The notes beneath the pieces were generated by a model. The model ran no database searches and was not told where the DNA came from. It saw nothing but the letters and a program-made list of their open reading frames with translations. Of a DNA stretch of 64,000 bases, positions 19,356-28,339 are shown one piece after another. The stretch is from an uncultured Iamiaceae bacterium (GTDB taxonomy: Bacteria > Actinomycetota > Acidimicrobiia > Acidimicrobiales > Iamiaceae), in assembly GCA_964449375.1 (NCBI GenBank), contig CAYVAS010000008.1, positions 2,172 through 66,171 of the forward strand. Direction: 5' to 3'. The translations under genes and the position numbers were made by a program. The stretch's first letter is position 1; each line of letters starts with the position of its first letter.

Positions 19356-21248
19356 GTGCCCGAGTATCTCTCCAGCATCCACTCCCCCCGTGACCTGCGG
19401 CGGCTCGACTACCCCGAGCTGGAGTCGCTGGCCGCGGAGATCCGCCACTTCATCGTCAACTCGGTCGCCGCCAACGGCGGTCATCTGGGCTCCAACCTCG
19501 GCGCGGTCGAGCTGACCATGGCGCTGCACCGGGTGTTCCACTCCCCCGACGACGTGATCCTGTTCGACACCGGCCACCAGGCCTACGTCCACAAGATCCT
19601 CACCGGCCGTCAGCACGGTTTCGACGCGTTGCGCCAGCCGGGCGGCCTGTCGGGCTACCCGAGCCGGGCCGAATCCGAACACGACTGGATCGAGAACTCC
19701 CACGCCTCCACCGCGGCGAGTTACGCCTTTGGTATCGCCACCGCGTTCGACCAGCTCGACGTGCACGACCGCCGGGTCGTCGCGGTGATCGGCGACGGCG
19801 CCATGACCGGCGGTCTCGCCTACGAGGCGCTCAACAACCTGGGCCACTCGGGGCGTCGGGCCGTCATCGTGTTCAACGACAACGGGCGCAGCTACGCGCC
19901 GACGGTGTCGCGCATCTCCGAAGGCGTCGCCCGACTGCGGATGCACCCGTCGTATCTGCGCCAGCGGGCCAAGATGTCACGGCTGGTGCGCGACGTGCCC
20001 GTGGTGGGCGACCACCTCGCGTGGGGAATCGAAGGGGCTCTGACCGGGCTGCGCGACATGATCGAGCCGACCGCGTTCTTCGAGACCCTCGGTGTGCGCT
20101 ACGCCGGCCCCTTCGACGGACACGACCAGGAGGCCCTGGAACGGGCGCTGCGCAACGCCGCCGACTACGGCGAAGGTCCCGTGGTGGTGCACGTGCTCAC
20201 CCAGAAGGGCCGCGGGTACCCGCCGGCCGAGGACGACGAGGAGAAGTGCCTGCACGACACCCGGCGCTTCAACCCCGAGATCGGCCCCCAGCACGTTCCC
20301 GGCGGCGCCCCCTCCTACACCGGCGCCTTCACCGAGGCGCTCATCAAGGAAGCCGACGCGCACCCCGAGATCGTCGCGATCACCGCGGCGATGCCCGGCT
20401 CCACGGGTCTGCTCCCCTTCGCAGACCGCTTTCCCGGCCGGCTCATCGACGTGGGCATCGCCGAGCAGAACGCGGTGACCGCCGCCGCGGGCATGGCCAT
20501 GGCCGGGCTGCGACCGGTGGTCGCGATCTACTCGACGTTCCTGACCCGCGCGTTGGACCAGAGCATCTACGACGTGGCCATGCACGGCCAGAAGGTGATC
20601 TTCGCGATCGACCGGGCCGGGGTGACCGGACCCGACGGTGCCTCCCACCACGGCATGTTCGACCTGGTGTGGATGTCGAAGGTGCCCGGCATGACCGTGT
20701 TCGCCCCGTCGTCGTATCAGGAGCTGCAACAGATGCTCCACGACGCGGTGGAGTCAGCCGAGGGTCCCGTGGCGATCCGCTGGCCCCGCACCCCGGCGAC
20801 CATGGTCGACGAACACGCGGTCGGCACCGGGTTCGACGCCCGGCTGGTGCGTTCGGACGACGGTGCCCGGGTGTGCCTGATCGCGGTGGGCAAGATGCTC
20901 GGCGAAGCCGAAGCCGCCGCGGATGAACTGGCTGCCCGGGGCGTCGCCACCACCGTGTGGGATCCCCGCGTGGTGCAGCCGCCGGACCCGACGATGATCG
21001 CGAACGCCGCCCACCACGATGTGGTGGTGACCATCGAGGACGGGCTCGCCGAGGGCGGGGTCGGTTCGCTCATGGGCGCCCGCATCACCGAAGCCGCCGC
21101 CCGTGACGGCGCGGCGCGTCCCCCCTGGGTGCTCAACCTGGGCCTGCCCCGGGAGTTCCTCACCCACGGTGACCCGGACGCCATGCTCGCCGACGCCGGG
21201 CTCGACGCCGCCGGCATCGTCGACACGGTCACGGCTCGCCTGCACTGA
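19356..21248 (+). CDS. dxs: 1-deoxy-D-xylulose-5-phosphate synthase
   Basis: GGHLGSNLGAVELTMALH, the TPP motif IGDGAMTGGLAYEALNN, and DVGIAEQNAVTAAAGMA. Confidence 0.95.
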   Translation: MPEYLSSIHSPRDLRRLDYPELESLAAEIRHFIVNSVAANGGHLGSNLGAVELTMALHRVFHSPDDVILFDTGHQAYVHKILTGRQHGFDALRQPGGLSGYPSRAESEHDWIENSHASTAASYAFGIATAFDQLDVHDRRVVAVIGDGAMTGGLAYEALNNLGHSGRRAVIVFNDNGRSYAPTVSRISEGVARLRMHPSYLRQRAKMSRLVRDVPVVGDHLAWGIEGALTGLRDMIEPTAFFETLGVRYAGPFDGHDQEALERALRNAADYGEGPVVVHVLTQKGRGYPPAEDDEEKCLHDTRRFNPEIGPQHVPGGAPSYTGAFTEALIKEADAHPEIVAITAAMPGSTGLLPFADRFPGRLIDVGIAEQNAVTAAAGMAMAGLRPVVAIYSTFLTRALDQSIYDVAMHGQKVIFAIDRAGVTGPDGASHHGMFDLVWMSKVPGMTVFAPSSYQELQQMLHDAVESAEGPVAIRWPRTPATMVDEHAVGTGFDARLVRSDDGARVCLIAVGKMLGEAEAAADELAARGVATTVWDPRVVQPPDPTMIANAAHHDVVVTIEDGLAEGGVGSLMGARITEAAARDGAARPPWVLNLGLPREFLTHGDPDAMLADAGLDAAGIVDTVTARLH

Positions 21249-21341
21249 CCCCCCGTCGCCCGCCTGGGAGCGCGCCGTTTCAGCGCCACGCGCGCGTCAG
21301 GCGCGGGCGGCACGCGAACGGCGACGCGGGGTGCGGTTCGT

Positions 21342-21992
21342 TCAGGCCGACGACACCGTGGTGGCGCCGTCGTCGGAGGTGAAGTAGGGATTCTCACCCG
21401 CGGCGTGGTCGGTGACGTCGACGACCTCGGTGACCTGGGGAACCCGCTCGATGATCGTCTTGGTGATGCCGCTCTTGAGGGTCAGCCAACTGATCGAACA
21501 GCCGTGACAGCCCCCGCCCATCTGCACGAACACCCGGGTGCCCTCCACGCCCACGAGCTGCGCGTACCCACCGTGCTGGTCCAGCATCGGGTTGACGATC
21601 CGGTCGATCACCAACGACACCGCCTCGGCCAGATCGCCGTCGGCGGCCAGGTCGACCCCGTCGAGCGGGTCCGGTTTGTTGGGATTGCGCAGCACCAGAC
21701 CGCCCTGGTCCGGGTCGTCGGGCAGATCCAGGGTCGCACCCGTGAGGGGTTCGACCGATGCGGCCGGCACGACGACGCGGAGCCCGTCGTGCTCCGCCAG
21801 CACGTCGCCGTCGGCCATCTCCCCGACCGACTCGAACGCCAGGTCATAGGCGTAGTCGGAGCCGTTCGCCCCGGTCACCTGCACCCACAACGCCAGATCG
21901 TCGGCGTCGTCCTCGGCGATGAGGAGGTTGCGGATGTCGTGGACCGCCCGAGGGGTCACGGTCAACACGGAGAGGTTCGTCGTGGCATCCAT
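21342..21992 (-). CDS. Nfu/NifU-type Fe-S cluster carrier with a degenerate N-terminal A-type domain
   Basis: The C-terminal part reads NPMLDQHGGYAQLVGVEG..VFVQMGGGCHGCS...TLK.GI, which is the NifU CxxC motif. Confidence 0.8.
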   Translation of the reverse strand: MDATTNLSVLTVTPRAVHDIRNLLIAEDDADDLALWVQVTGANGSDYAYDLAFESVGEMADGDVLAEHDGLRVVVPAASVEPLTGATLDLPDDPDQGGLVLRNPNKPDPLDGVDLAADGDLAEAVSLVIDRIVNPMLDQHGGYAQLVGVEGTRVFVQMGGGCHGCSISWLTLKSGITKTIIERVPQVTEVVDVTDHAAGENPYFTSDDGATTVSSA

Positions 21993-22076
21993 TGCGGATC
22001 CGAGCCTACCGTGGCTCCCCGCCGGCGCGGCTCGTACGACGGCCCGTCACTCGGCGGGGTGGTTCGGTTACGGTGA

Positions 22077-22769
22077 GTGCCCGTGAGTCTCCGGGTCGGC
22101 ATCCACGAACGCTGGAGCGATCGGGAAACGGGAACGTTCTACTGTCCCGGCTGCGGTTCCGAGCGGGTCTACCGGCACCGCCGGTCCCGCAACTGGGTGC
22201 ACCTGGGCATCCCCTTGATTCCGCGCCAGATCGTGTCCGAGGTCTACGTGTGCCAGGGCTGCCACCGGGTCTATGACGAGCACGTCATCACCTCACCGCC
22301 CACCTCCGACCTCGCCACCCGTCTGCAGCGCATCACCCGCGCCGCCGCGGTGGTGGCCGTGCTCGACGGTGACCCCTACGAACCGGCGAGTCGGCGGGTC
22401 GCGGTGACCGTGATCCAGGGCGCCGGGCTGCCGCACTACACCACCACCGACCTGGACGCGGACCTGCGCAGCATGGACGTGGACAACCTCGAGGCCGAAG
22501 CGGCGCAGCTGACCATCGACATGGAGCCCGCCGCCCGGGAACGGCTCGTGATCGCCATCGGCCACGTCGCCACCGCCACCGGCGAACTGACCGCGTCGAA
22601 CCGCACCATGATCGACCGCCTGGCCCGGGCGATGGACATGACTCCGGGCGTGGTGCACCGGATCCTGACCCGCCTGGAACAGGACGCTGCCAACATCGCC
22701 GCGTTCTCCGACCGGCACGGCACCATCGAGCCACCCGCGGGCGACGCCGGGGGCGGACCCGCCCGGTAG
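22077..22769 (+). CDS. Zinc-ribbon domain protein fused to a TerB-like helical domain
   Basis: The N-terminus FYCPGCGSERVY...WVHLGIPLIP...YVCQGC has two CxxC pairs flanking a hydrophobic stretch. The C-terminal half is helical and TerB-like by eye. Confidence 0.6.
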   Translation: MPVSLRVGIHERWSDRETGTFYCPGCGSERVYRHRRSRNWVHLGIPLIPRQIVSEVYVCQGCHRVYDEHVITSPPTSDLATRLQRITRAAAVVAVLDGDPYEPASRRVAVTVIQGAGLPHYTTTDLDADLRSMDVDNLEAEAAQLTIDMEPAARERLVIAIGHVATATGELTASNRTMIDRLARAMDMTPGVVHRILTRLEQDAANIAAFSDRHGTIEPPAGDAGGGPAR

Positions 22770-22823
22770 CCTGAGCGGATCGGCCGGCGCCCGAGCAGGC
22801 GACGCGCGTTCGTTGGAGGTTCG

Positions 22824-23999
22824 GTGACCAGGCACATCCCGCTGGGGCGCATCTGGGGGATCCGTGTAGGTCTGAGCTGGTCGGTGCTGCTGATCGCGGC
22901 CTTCTACGTGTACGTGCTGGCCACCTACCAGTTTCCCCGCACCGCCTTCTACCAGTCCGACACCGCCTACTGGGTGGCCGGGATCGTGGGAGCACTCGGG
23001 TTCTTCTTCAGCCTGTTCGTCCACGAGATGAGCCACGCGCTCGTCGCCAAGGCCCGTGGCATCGAGGTGCGCGGCATCACCCTGTGGCTGCTCGGTGGCT
23101 ACGCGGAGCTGGGCAGCGAACCCGCCACGCCCGGCCAGCAGTTCGGCATCGCCGCGGTCGGGCCGGTGTCGAACCTGGCGCTGGCGGCGGTCTTCTGGGT
23201 CATCCACCTGGGAATCGCCGACGAACCCGGCCTGTTCACCGCCACGGTGGAAACCTCGGGACTCGTCGCGGTGGTGCTGGCGTGGTTGGCCTTCGTGAAC
23301 CTGCTGCTGGGCGCGTTCAACCTGCTGCCCGCGGCGCCGCTGGACGGCGGCCAGCTCTTCAGCGCCGGGGTGTGGGCGGTCACCGGCGACCGCCAACTGG
23401 CCCGCCGCTGGGCGGCCTACGCGGGCATCGCGCTGGGTACGGCCGCGGTGACCTACGGCTTCGTCCTCATGAACTCGGACGACTCCTTCAGCGGCGTGTG
23501 GCTGTTCATCATCGGGTTCTGGATCATCTCGGTCGCCGCGACCGACGCGCGTCGTGCCGGTGCCGAGGTCGCCCTGTCGGCGAGCACCGCGGCGCAGATC
23601 ATGCGGCCCGCGCCGCCGATCCTGCCCGCCTCGGTACCCATGGACCAGGCCTTCGCGGCGGGCGCACCCGAACCGATGGCCACGGTGTTCTGCGCCCAGG
23701 CCCCCGACGGGCGGATCACCGGATTGTTGACCGCTGCGCAGATCCGCAACACCGACCAGGTGAGCCGGGCGACGATCCCCCTGGGCCAGCTCGCCTTTCC
23801 CATCGACCGGATCCCCCTGGCCCGCACCGGCGAGTCCAGCCTGGACCTGGTCGACCGGCTGCGCGACAACCCCTCGGGTCAGGTGCTGGTGCTGCACGAC
23901 GACGGTCGGGTCGCCGGAACGGTCGGGGTGGCCGAGATCGAACGGGCCGCACTGCGCCGGCCCGGCCAGATGCCCGCGGGCACCGGAGCGCCGGGGTAG
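22824..23999 (+). CDS. Site-2 protease family (M50) membrane metalloprotease with a C-terminal CBS pair
   Basis: HEMSHALVAK (HExxH) and NLLPAAPLDGG. The C-terminal ~130 aa look like a CBS pair. Confidence 0.85.
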   Translation: MTRHIPLGRIWGIRVGLSWSVLLIAAFYVYVLATYQFPRTAFYQSDTAYWVAGIVGALGFFFSLFVHEMSHALVAKARGIEVRGITLWLLGGYAELGSEPATPGQQFGIAAVGPVSNLALAAVFWVIHLGIADEPGLFTATVETSGLVAVVLAWLAFVNLLLGAFNLLPAAPLDGGQLFSAGVWAVTGDRQLARRWAAYAGIALGTAAVTYGFVLMNSDDSFSGVWLFIIGFWIISVAATDARRAGAEVALSASTAAQIMRPAPPILPASVPMDQAFAAGAPEPMATVFCAQAPDGRITGLLTAAQIRNTDQVSRATIPLGQLAFPIDRIPLARTGESSLDLVDRLRDNPSGQVLVLHDDGRVAGTVGVAEIERAALRRPGQMPAGTGAPG

Positions 24000-24010
24000 C
24001 GTCGGCGCCC

Positions 24011-24718
24011 ATGTCCGAACCCGCCCTGCCCAGCTACCGCCTGGACGGCACCATCGCCGTCATCACCCACGACGACGGCAAGGCCAACGTCGTGGGACCC
24101 GCCACGATCGCCGCCTTGCACGAACACCTGGACCGGGCCGCGGACGAAGCCCGCGGGGTGGTCCTCGTGGGGCGTGAAGGACGCTTCTCGGCCGGGTTCG
24201 ACCTGGGCGTGATGACCTCGTCGGACGACGCGATGCGCGCGCTGGTCTCCGACGGCGCCGAGCTGCTGTGCACCATGTACGAGTACCCGCTGCCCATCGT
24301 GGCCGCCTGCACTGGCCACGCGCTGGCCATGGGCGCACTGTTGCTGCTCGCCAGCGATGTACGGGTGGGCGCCGAGGGCCCGTTCAAGATCGGGCTCACC
24401 GAGGTCGCCATCGGCATGCCGCTGCCGATCTTCGTGATCGAATTCGCCCGCGACCGACTCCTGCCCACCGCGTTCACCCGGGCCACGCTCGGCGCGCAGA
24501 CCTTCGACCCGGCCGGGGCGGCCGCGATCGGCTACCTGGACGAGACCGTGCCTGCGGAGCGGTTGCTGGCCACCGCGATGGACCGGGCCAACACGCTGGC
24601 GGCCTACCGCACCGGGGCCTTCGCCCGGTCCAAGCAGCTCGCCCGGGAAGCGCTGTGTGTGCAGGTGCGCGCCACCCTGGACGAGGACGTGGCCACCCTG
24701 CAGGGCCCCGACGCCTGA
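24011..24718 (+). CDS. Crotonase / enoyl-CoA hydratase family protein
   Basis: 3' part of ORF 23084..24718, starting at ATG 24011. Motifs GREGRFSAGFDL and IVAACTGHALAMGALLLLASDVRVG. Confidence 0.82.
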   Translation: MSEPALPSYRLDGTIAVITHDDGKANVVGPATIAALHEHLDRAADEARGVVLVGREGRFSAGFDLGVMTSSDDAMRALVSDGAELLCTMYEYPLPIVAACTGHALAMGALLLLASDVRVGAEGPFKIGLTEVAIGMPLPIFVIEFARDRLLPTAFTRATLGAQTFDPAGAAAIGYLDETVPAERLLATAMDRANTLAAYRTGAFARSKQLAREALCVQVRATLDEDVATLQGPDA

Positions 24719-24753
24719 GCCGGATCGCGCCGGTCGGCGATCGAACCGGGAAG

Positions 24754-26130
24754 TCAGCCCGTGTAGACGGGCCGGGCGCGCACCGGCGTGGCCGGCGGGG
24801 GGTCACCGGGGCCGCCGTCGGAGGGTTCCGAGCCCGGGTCCGGATCGTCACCGGGGTCCGTGGGCGGCACCGGTGCGGTGCGGGGCACCATCGAGCCGTC
24901 CACGCACACGGTGGCTTCCACCTCGGCTCCGTCGCTGAGCACCGACGCACCGGGGGCGGGTACACCGGCGAACCGGTCGGCCATCCAAGAGGTCATGTCG
25001 GTCAACGACGGGCCGATCACCCCCGCGTGGGACTGGCCCGGGTAGAGCCAGCGTTCCAGGGTCTGGCCGATCGCGCAGGACTGGTCGGCCAGGAGCTGCG
25101 ACGAGGGTGCCGGGATCTGTTCGTCGGCCCCGCCGTGGATGATCAGCAGCGGCGCGTCGGCCGGATCGGTGAAGTTGCCCGGATCCTGGGCCCGGATCAG
25201 CGGACCCCACACCGGATTGGCCAGCGGGTTGAAGGTGCCGTCGGGCTGGGTGACCATGAGCGACTCGACGTCGATGCCTTCGGACTCGTCGGCCAGGAAA
25301 CCGGTGCACCCCTGATCCACCAGGTCGACCATGGCGATGCCCTCGGGGTTCAACACCTCCGACAGGGGCGCCTCGGCGTCGCCGTAGGCGGCGTTGATCG
25401 CGGCGGCGACCATCAACAGGTAGTACTTGTAGGGGCTTTCCACCAGGAATGCGTAGACCAGGTCCAACTGCGAGGGCGGCGCGCCGGCGACCACCCCAAC
25501 CAGGTTCAACTCCGGCGCCCAGGACTCGGCGATGTCCAGCGAGAACATGGCGGCGTGGCCGCCTTGGGAGTGGCCCCAGACCACGTAGTCCGAGCCGAGG
25601 TCGGCATGCAGGTTGCGGGCGGCACGCACGATGTCGATCGTGCCCCGGGCCTCGGAGTCACCCACGATGTAGGGGTGGCGTCCCGGGGTACCCAGCCCCT
25701 CGTAGTCGGTGGCAACGACCGCCCAGCCCCGGTCCAGGAAGTTGTTGGCGAAGGGCACCGCGTCGAGGGGGTCCAGCGACGGCGCGCAGGCATCGGCGAT
25801 GCCGGTGGTGCCGTGCGCCCAGGCGACCACCGGGTGGCCGCCGGGCGGCGCCGGGGTGTCGGGAACTGCGATGATCCCGGTGACCGCGATGGTTTCCCCG
25901 CTGAGCGAGATCGAGGTGTACATGACCCGCTGCATGGTGCCGTGGAGACCCGGGGCCGGCACGTCTTCGACGTCGACGACCGTGCCGGGTCCGTCGGTGG
26001 GCAGCGGGTCGGGGACGTCGTAGAAGGGCGGCAGGGTCGCGGCGCCCGGGCTGGCGGCGGGCACGGCGCTGGCGATGACCAGGAAAGCGGCGCTGCACAC
26101 CGCGGAGATGCGGACTCTGAGCCTGGTCAT
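24754..26130 (-). CDS. Secreted alpha/beta-hydrolase, LIP (secretory lipase) family-like
   Basis: ATG 26130 gives the signal peptide MTRLRVRISAVCSAAFLVIASAVPAAS. The nucleophile elbow is GHSQGG. The C-terminal tail is Pro/Asp-rich. Confidence 0.75.
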   Translation of the reverse strand: MTRLRVRISAVCSAAFLVIASAVPAASPGAATLPPFYDVPDPLPTDGPGTVVDVEDVPAPGLHGTMQRVMYTSISLSGETIAVTGIIAVPDTPAPPGGHPVVAWAHGTTGIADACAPSLDPLDAVPFANNFLDRGWAVVATDYEGLGTPGRHPYIVGDSEARGTIDIVRAARNLHADLGSDYVVWGHSQGGHAAMFSLDIAESWAPELNLVGVVAGAPPSQLDLVYAFLVESPYKYYLLMVAAAINAAYGDAEAPLSEVLNPEGIAMVDLVDQGCTGFLADESEGIDVESLMVTQPDGTFNPLANPVWGPLIRAQDPGNFTDPADAPLLIIHGGADEQIPAPSSQLLADQSCAIGQTLERWLYPGQSHAGVIGPSLTDMTSWMADRFAGVPAPGASVLSDGAEVEATVCVDGSMVPRTAPVPPTDPGDDPDPGSEPSDGGPGDPPPATPVRARPVYTG

Positions 26131-26186
26131 GGGTTCCCCTTGTCTGCGTGGCGGCGCCGACGGCCGTCGGGGCCTCGGACGCGAGC

Positions 26187-27230
26187 TTAGAACCTGCTTT
26201 CCCGGTTCGACGCCGCGCCGCGACGGCGTGGACGCAATCGGTCGACGCCGGCACGGGCGAGCCGGCTCAGCCCGGCACCACCGACCCGCACCAGCCGGGT
26301 CGCTTTGGTCGCGGAGCGCCGCAGCGCGCCGCCGGTCAACCGTGGCGCATCGTGGTTGGCCTGCCACTCGTGGTAGACCCCGTCGGACCACTGCAGTGTG
26401 GCCACCCGGGCGAGGTCACGGGTCTTGACCCACAGCGGTGTTCCCGAGGCGAGAAAACCCCGCACCGACCACCACCGGGGCTCGACCTCCCAGACCGGAC
26501 GGGCGGCGCGCAGCGCGGCCAGGTCGGCGCCCTCGGCGAGCGCCGCCAGGGCCAGGTCCCAGACCCGACCCACGCCCAGGTCGGCGGCCAGGCGCGCCGC
26601 GCGGTGACGGTCGGCGTCGTCGAGGGCGGCCACACCCCGGCGCCAGTCGTCGAAGCTGCGATCCTCGGGTTCGAAGCGGTTGACGGCCGCGTGGATCGCC
26701 AGGTGGACCGCATGGGCGGGTTCGTCCAGGACCGGCACCGACGCTCCGCCCACCGTCAGGTGCGTGCGGTGCGCGGCGAACAGCGCCCAGGCACGTCGGG
26801 GACTGCGGGTCACATACGGCAGGGTCAGGTGCAGATCCAGGTCCGGTTCGGCGTCCGGGTCCGGGGTGCGGTGCGGGGCGGTGCCGGCGGTGGGCGCGGT
26901 GGTGAACGCGTCGCTGTGGCCGTGGCGGTCGAAGCGGTGGTAGCCCGCGTCGCGCAGCAGCCGGGCGGCACGCCCGAACCGGGACGGGTCGACCAGCAGG
27001 TCGATGTCGGCGACGGGTCGGGGTTCGTCGGCGGCGTAGAGCCGCTGCCGGGTCACCGGACCCTTGAGCACGATCACGGCGATGCCCCGGGTGGCGAACC
27101 GTTCGACGATGCCGGGGACCTGGGATTCGATGCGGTCGGTGCGGTCCCGGGCGACGATCCCGGCGAACCGCTCCAGCGCGTCCTGGACCGACCCCGACGA
27201 GGGCTCGACCGGGTCGGCGGCGGCGGGCAT
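26187..27230 (-). CDS. Uncharacterised nucleotidyltransferase (NTP_transf_5/PF14907-like)
   Basis: ATG 27230 (MPAAADPVEP). IAVIVLKGPVTRQRLYAADEPRPVADIDLLVDPSRFGRAARLLRDAGY resembles the family signature. The start lies 4 nt downstream of the EEP gene stop. Confidence 0.6.
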   Translation of the reverse strand: MPAAADPVEPSSGSVQDALERFAGIVARDRTDRIESQVPGIVERFATRGIAVIVLKGPVTRQRLYAADEPRPVADIDLLVDPSRFGRAARLLRDAGYHRFDRHGHSDAFTTAPTAGTAPHRTPDPDAEPDLDLHLTLPYVTRSPRRAWALFAAHRTHLTVGGASVPVLDEPAHAVHLAIHAAVNRFEPEDRSFDDWRRGVAALDDADRHRAARLAADLGVGRVWDLALAALAEGADLAALRAARPVWEVEPRWWSVRGFLASGTPLWVKTRDLARVATLQWSDGVYHEWQANHDAPRLTGGALRRSATKATRLVRVGGAGLSRLARAGVDRLRPRRRGAASNRESRF

Positions 27231-27234
27231 GCGC

Positions 27235-28302
27235 CTAGACCGGGGAGATGGCCAGGTCCGCGCCGATCGCCAGGTGGTCCGACAACCGGACCAGCCGGTG
27301 GCGGCTGGAGGCGTGCGCAAAGCGCGGGAAGGCGTAGCGCCGCACCGAGGTCGCCTCGACCCGCACCCGTTGGGACGGGTCCGGATCGGCGAGGAACAGG
27401 TAGTCGATCCGTTCCCGTTCGGCGACCAGCGCCGGGTCGATCTGGTCGCGGGCCGCGGTCTGGGCCTCGTCGGGTTCGAGGTCGACGAGCGCGTCCGGGT
27501 CGTCGGGGTCGGTCTGGTCGGCGAACGAATCGGTGGGCGCGCCACAGGTGTGGCCCAGACCGGTGCCGTGGGTGGTCCACAGGTCCGTGAGCCCGATGCC
27601 GCCGAGCCGCTCGGTGAGGTCCCGGTACTGACGGTCGGCGCCCTCGGGGTAGGCCGGATCCTCCGCGGGGACGTTCATGTCGCCGACGACGGCGATCACG
27701 TTGCCCGGACGGTGCGAACGTTCGACGAAGGCCACCAACTCGTCGAGCTGGGCCATACGGAGGCGGTGCCTGCGGCGGGGGTCGACGGCGGTGGTGCCCC
27801 CCAGCAGACCCGAACCCCACAACAGGTGGGTGCTGTAGAGCTCGAGGTTGCCGCCGGACACGTCGTCACCCAGGCCGATCTCGGTGAGCAGCACGCCCTT
27901 GTTCGACAGGGAATCCGCGTCGTAGAGGTACGAGCCGCGCGCGCGGAACCGGTGGGTGGAGCGGCGCACGATCCGGGGCCCGTCCACCAGGGTGAACAGT
28001 CCGCTGGAGGAGAACCCCAGGGGGCCACGGATCAGCGAGCGGCCCGGACCGGCGGCGGTGTTCACCGTGGGAGTGCCCCAGGCCGTCAGGATGCGTTTCT
28101 TGTCGGCTTCTTCGAACACCTCCGACAGGGCGGCGACATCGAAGCGCCGACTGAGGGCCGCGCCGATCGCGATCGCCCGTTCGGCCACCGAAGGCGCCGC
28201 GAGGTCCGCGACCGGCGGCAGGCCCGGACCGCCCGAGATCGGGTGGGGGTGCAGCAGAAAGGTGTTCCAGAACACCAGACGGAGGGTCTGTGGATCGGTC
28301 AT
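27235..28302 (-). CDS. Endonuclease/exonuclease/phosphatase (EEP) family protein, neutral-sphingomyelinase-like
   Basis: LRLVFWNTFLL, FDVAALSEVFEE, SNKGVLL, YSTHLL, VVGDMNV, RIDYLF and RLSDHLAI follow the EEP catalytic motif order. Confidence 0.78.
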   Translation of the reverse strand: MTDPQTLRLVFWNTFLLHPHPISGGPGLPPVADLAAPSVAERAIAIGAALSRRFDVAALSEVFEEADKKRILTAWGTPTVNTAAGPGRSLIRGPLGFSSSGLFTLVDGPRIVRRSTHRFRARGSYLYDADSLSNKGVLLTEIGLGDDVSGGNLELYSTHLLWGSGLLGGTTAVDPRRRHRLRMAQLDELVAFVERSHRPGNVIAVVGDMNVPAEDPAYPEGADRQYRDLTERLGGIGLTDLWTTHGTGLGHTCGAPTDSFADQTDPDDPDALVDLEPDEAQTAARDQIDPALVAERERIDYLFLADPDPSQRVRVEATSVRRYAFPRFAHASSRHRLVRLSDHLAIGADLAISPV

Positions 28303-28339
28303 CTGGGCCCGGATTCTACGCCCGGTGCCTCCAAGCGGG

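Noticed and set aside
22293-23897. Long shadow ORFs on the opposite strand or in an alternative frame: 22293..23897, 24268..26190, 26148..27590, 27956..30049, 40904..42406, 42788..44530, 45394..46914, 45427..47211, 51396..53072, 52682..54160 and 62572..63870
   Set aside because: Each one lies opposite or out of frame to a gene with recognisable catalytic motifs. None contains a recognisable domain, and all show the amino-acid skew of non-coding frames in ~70% GC DNA.
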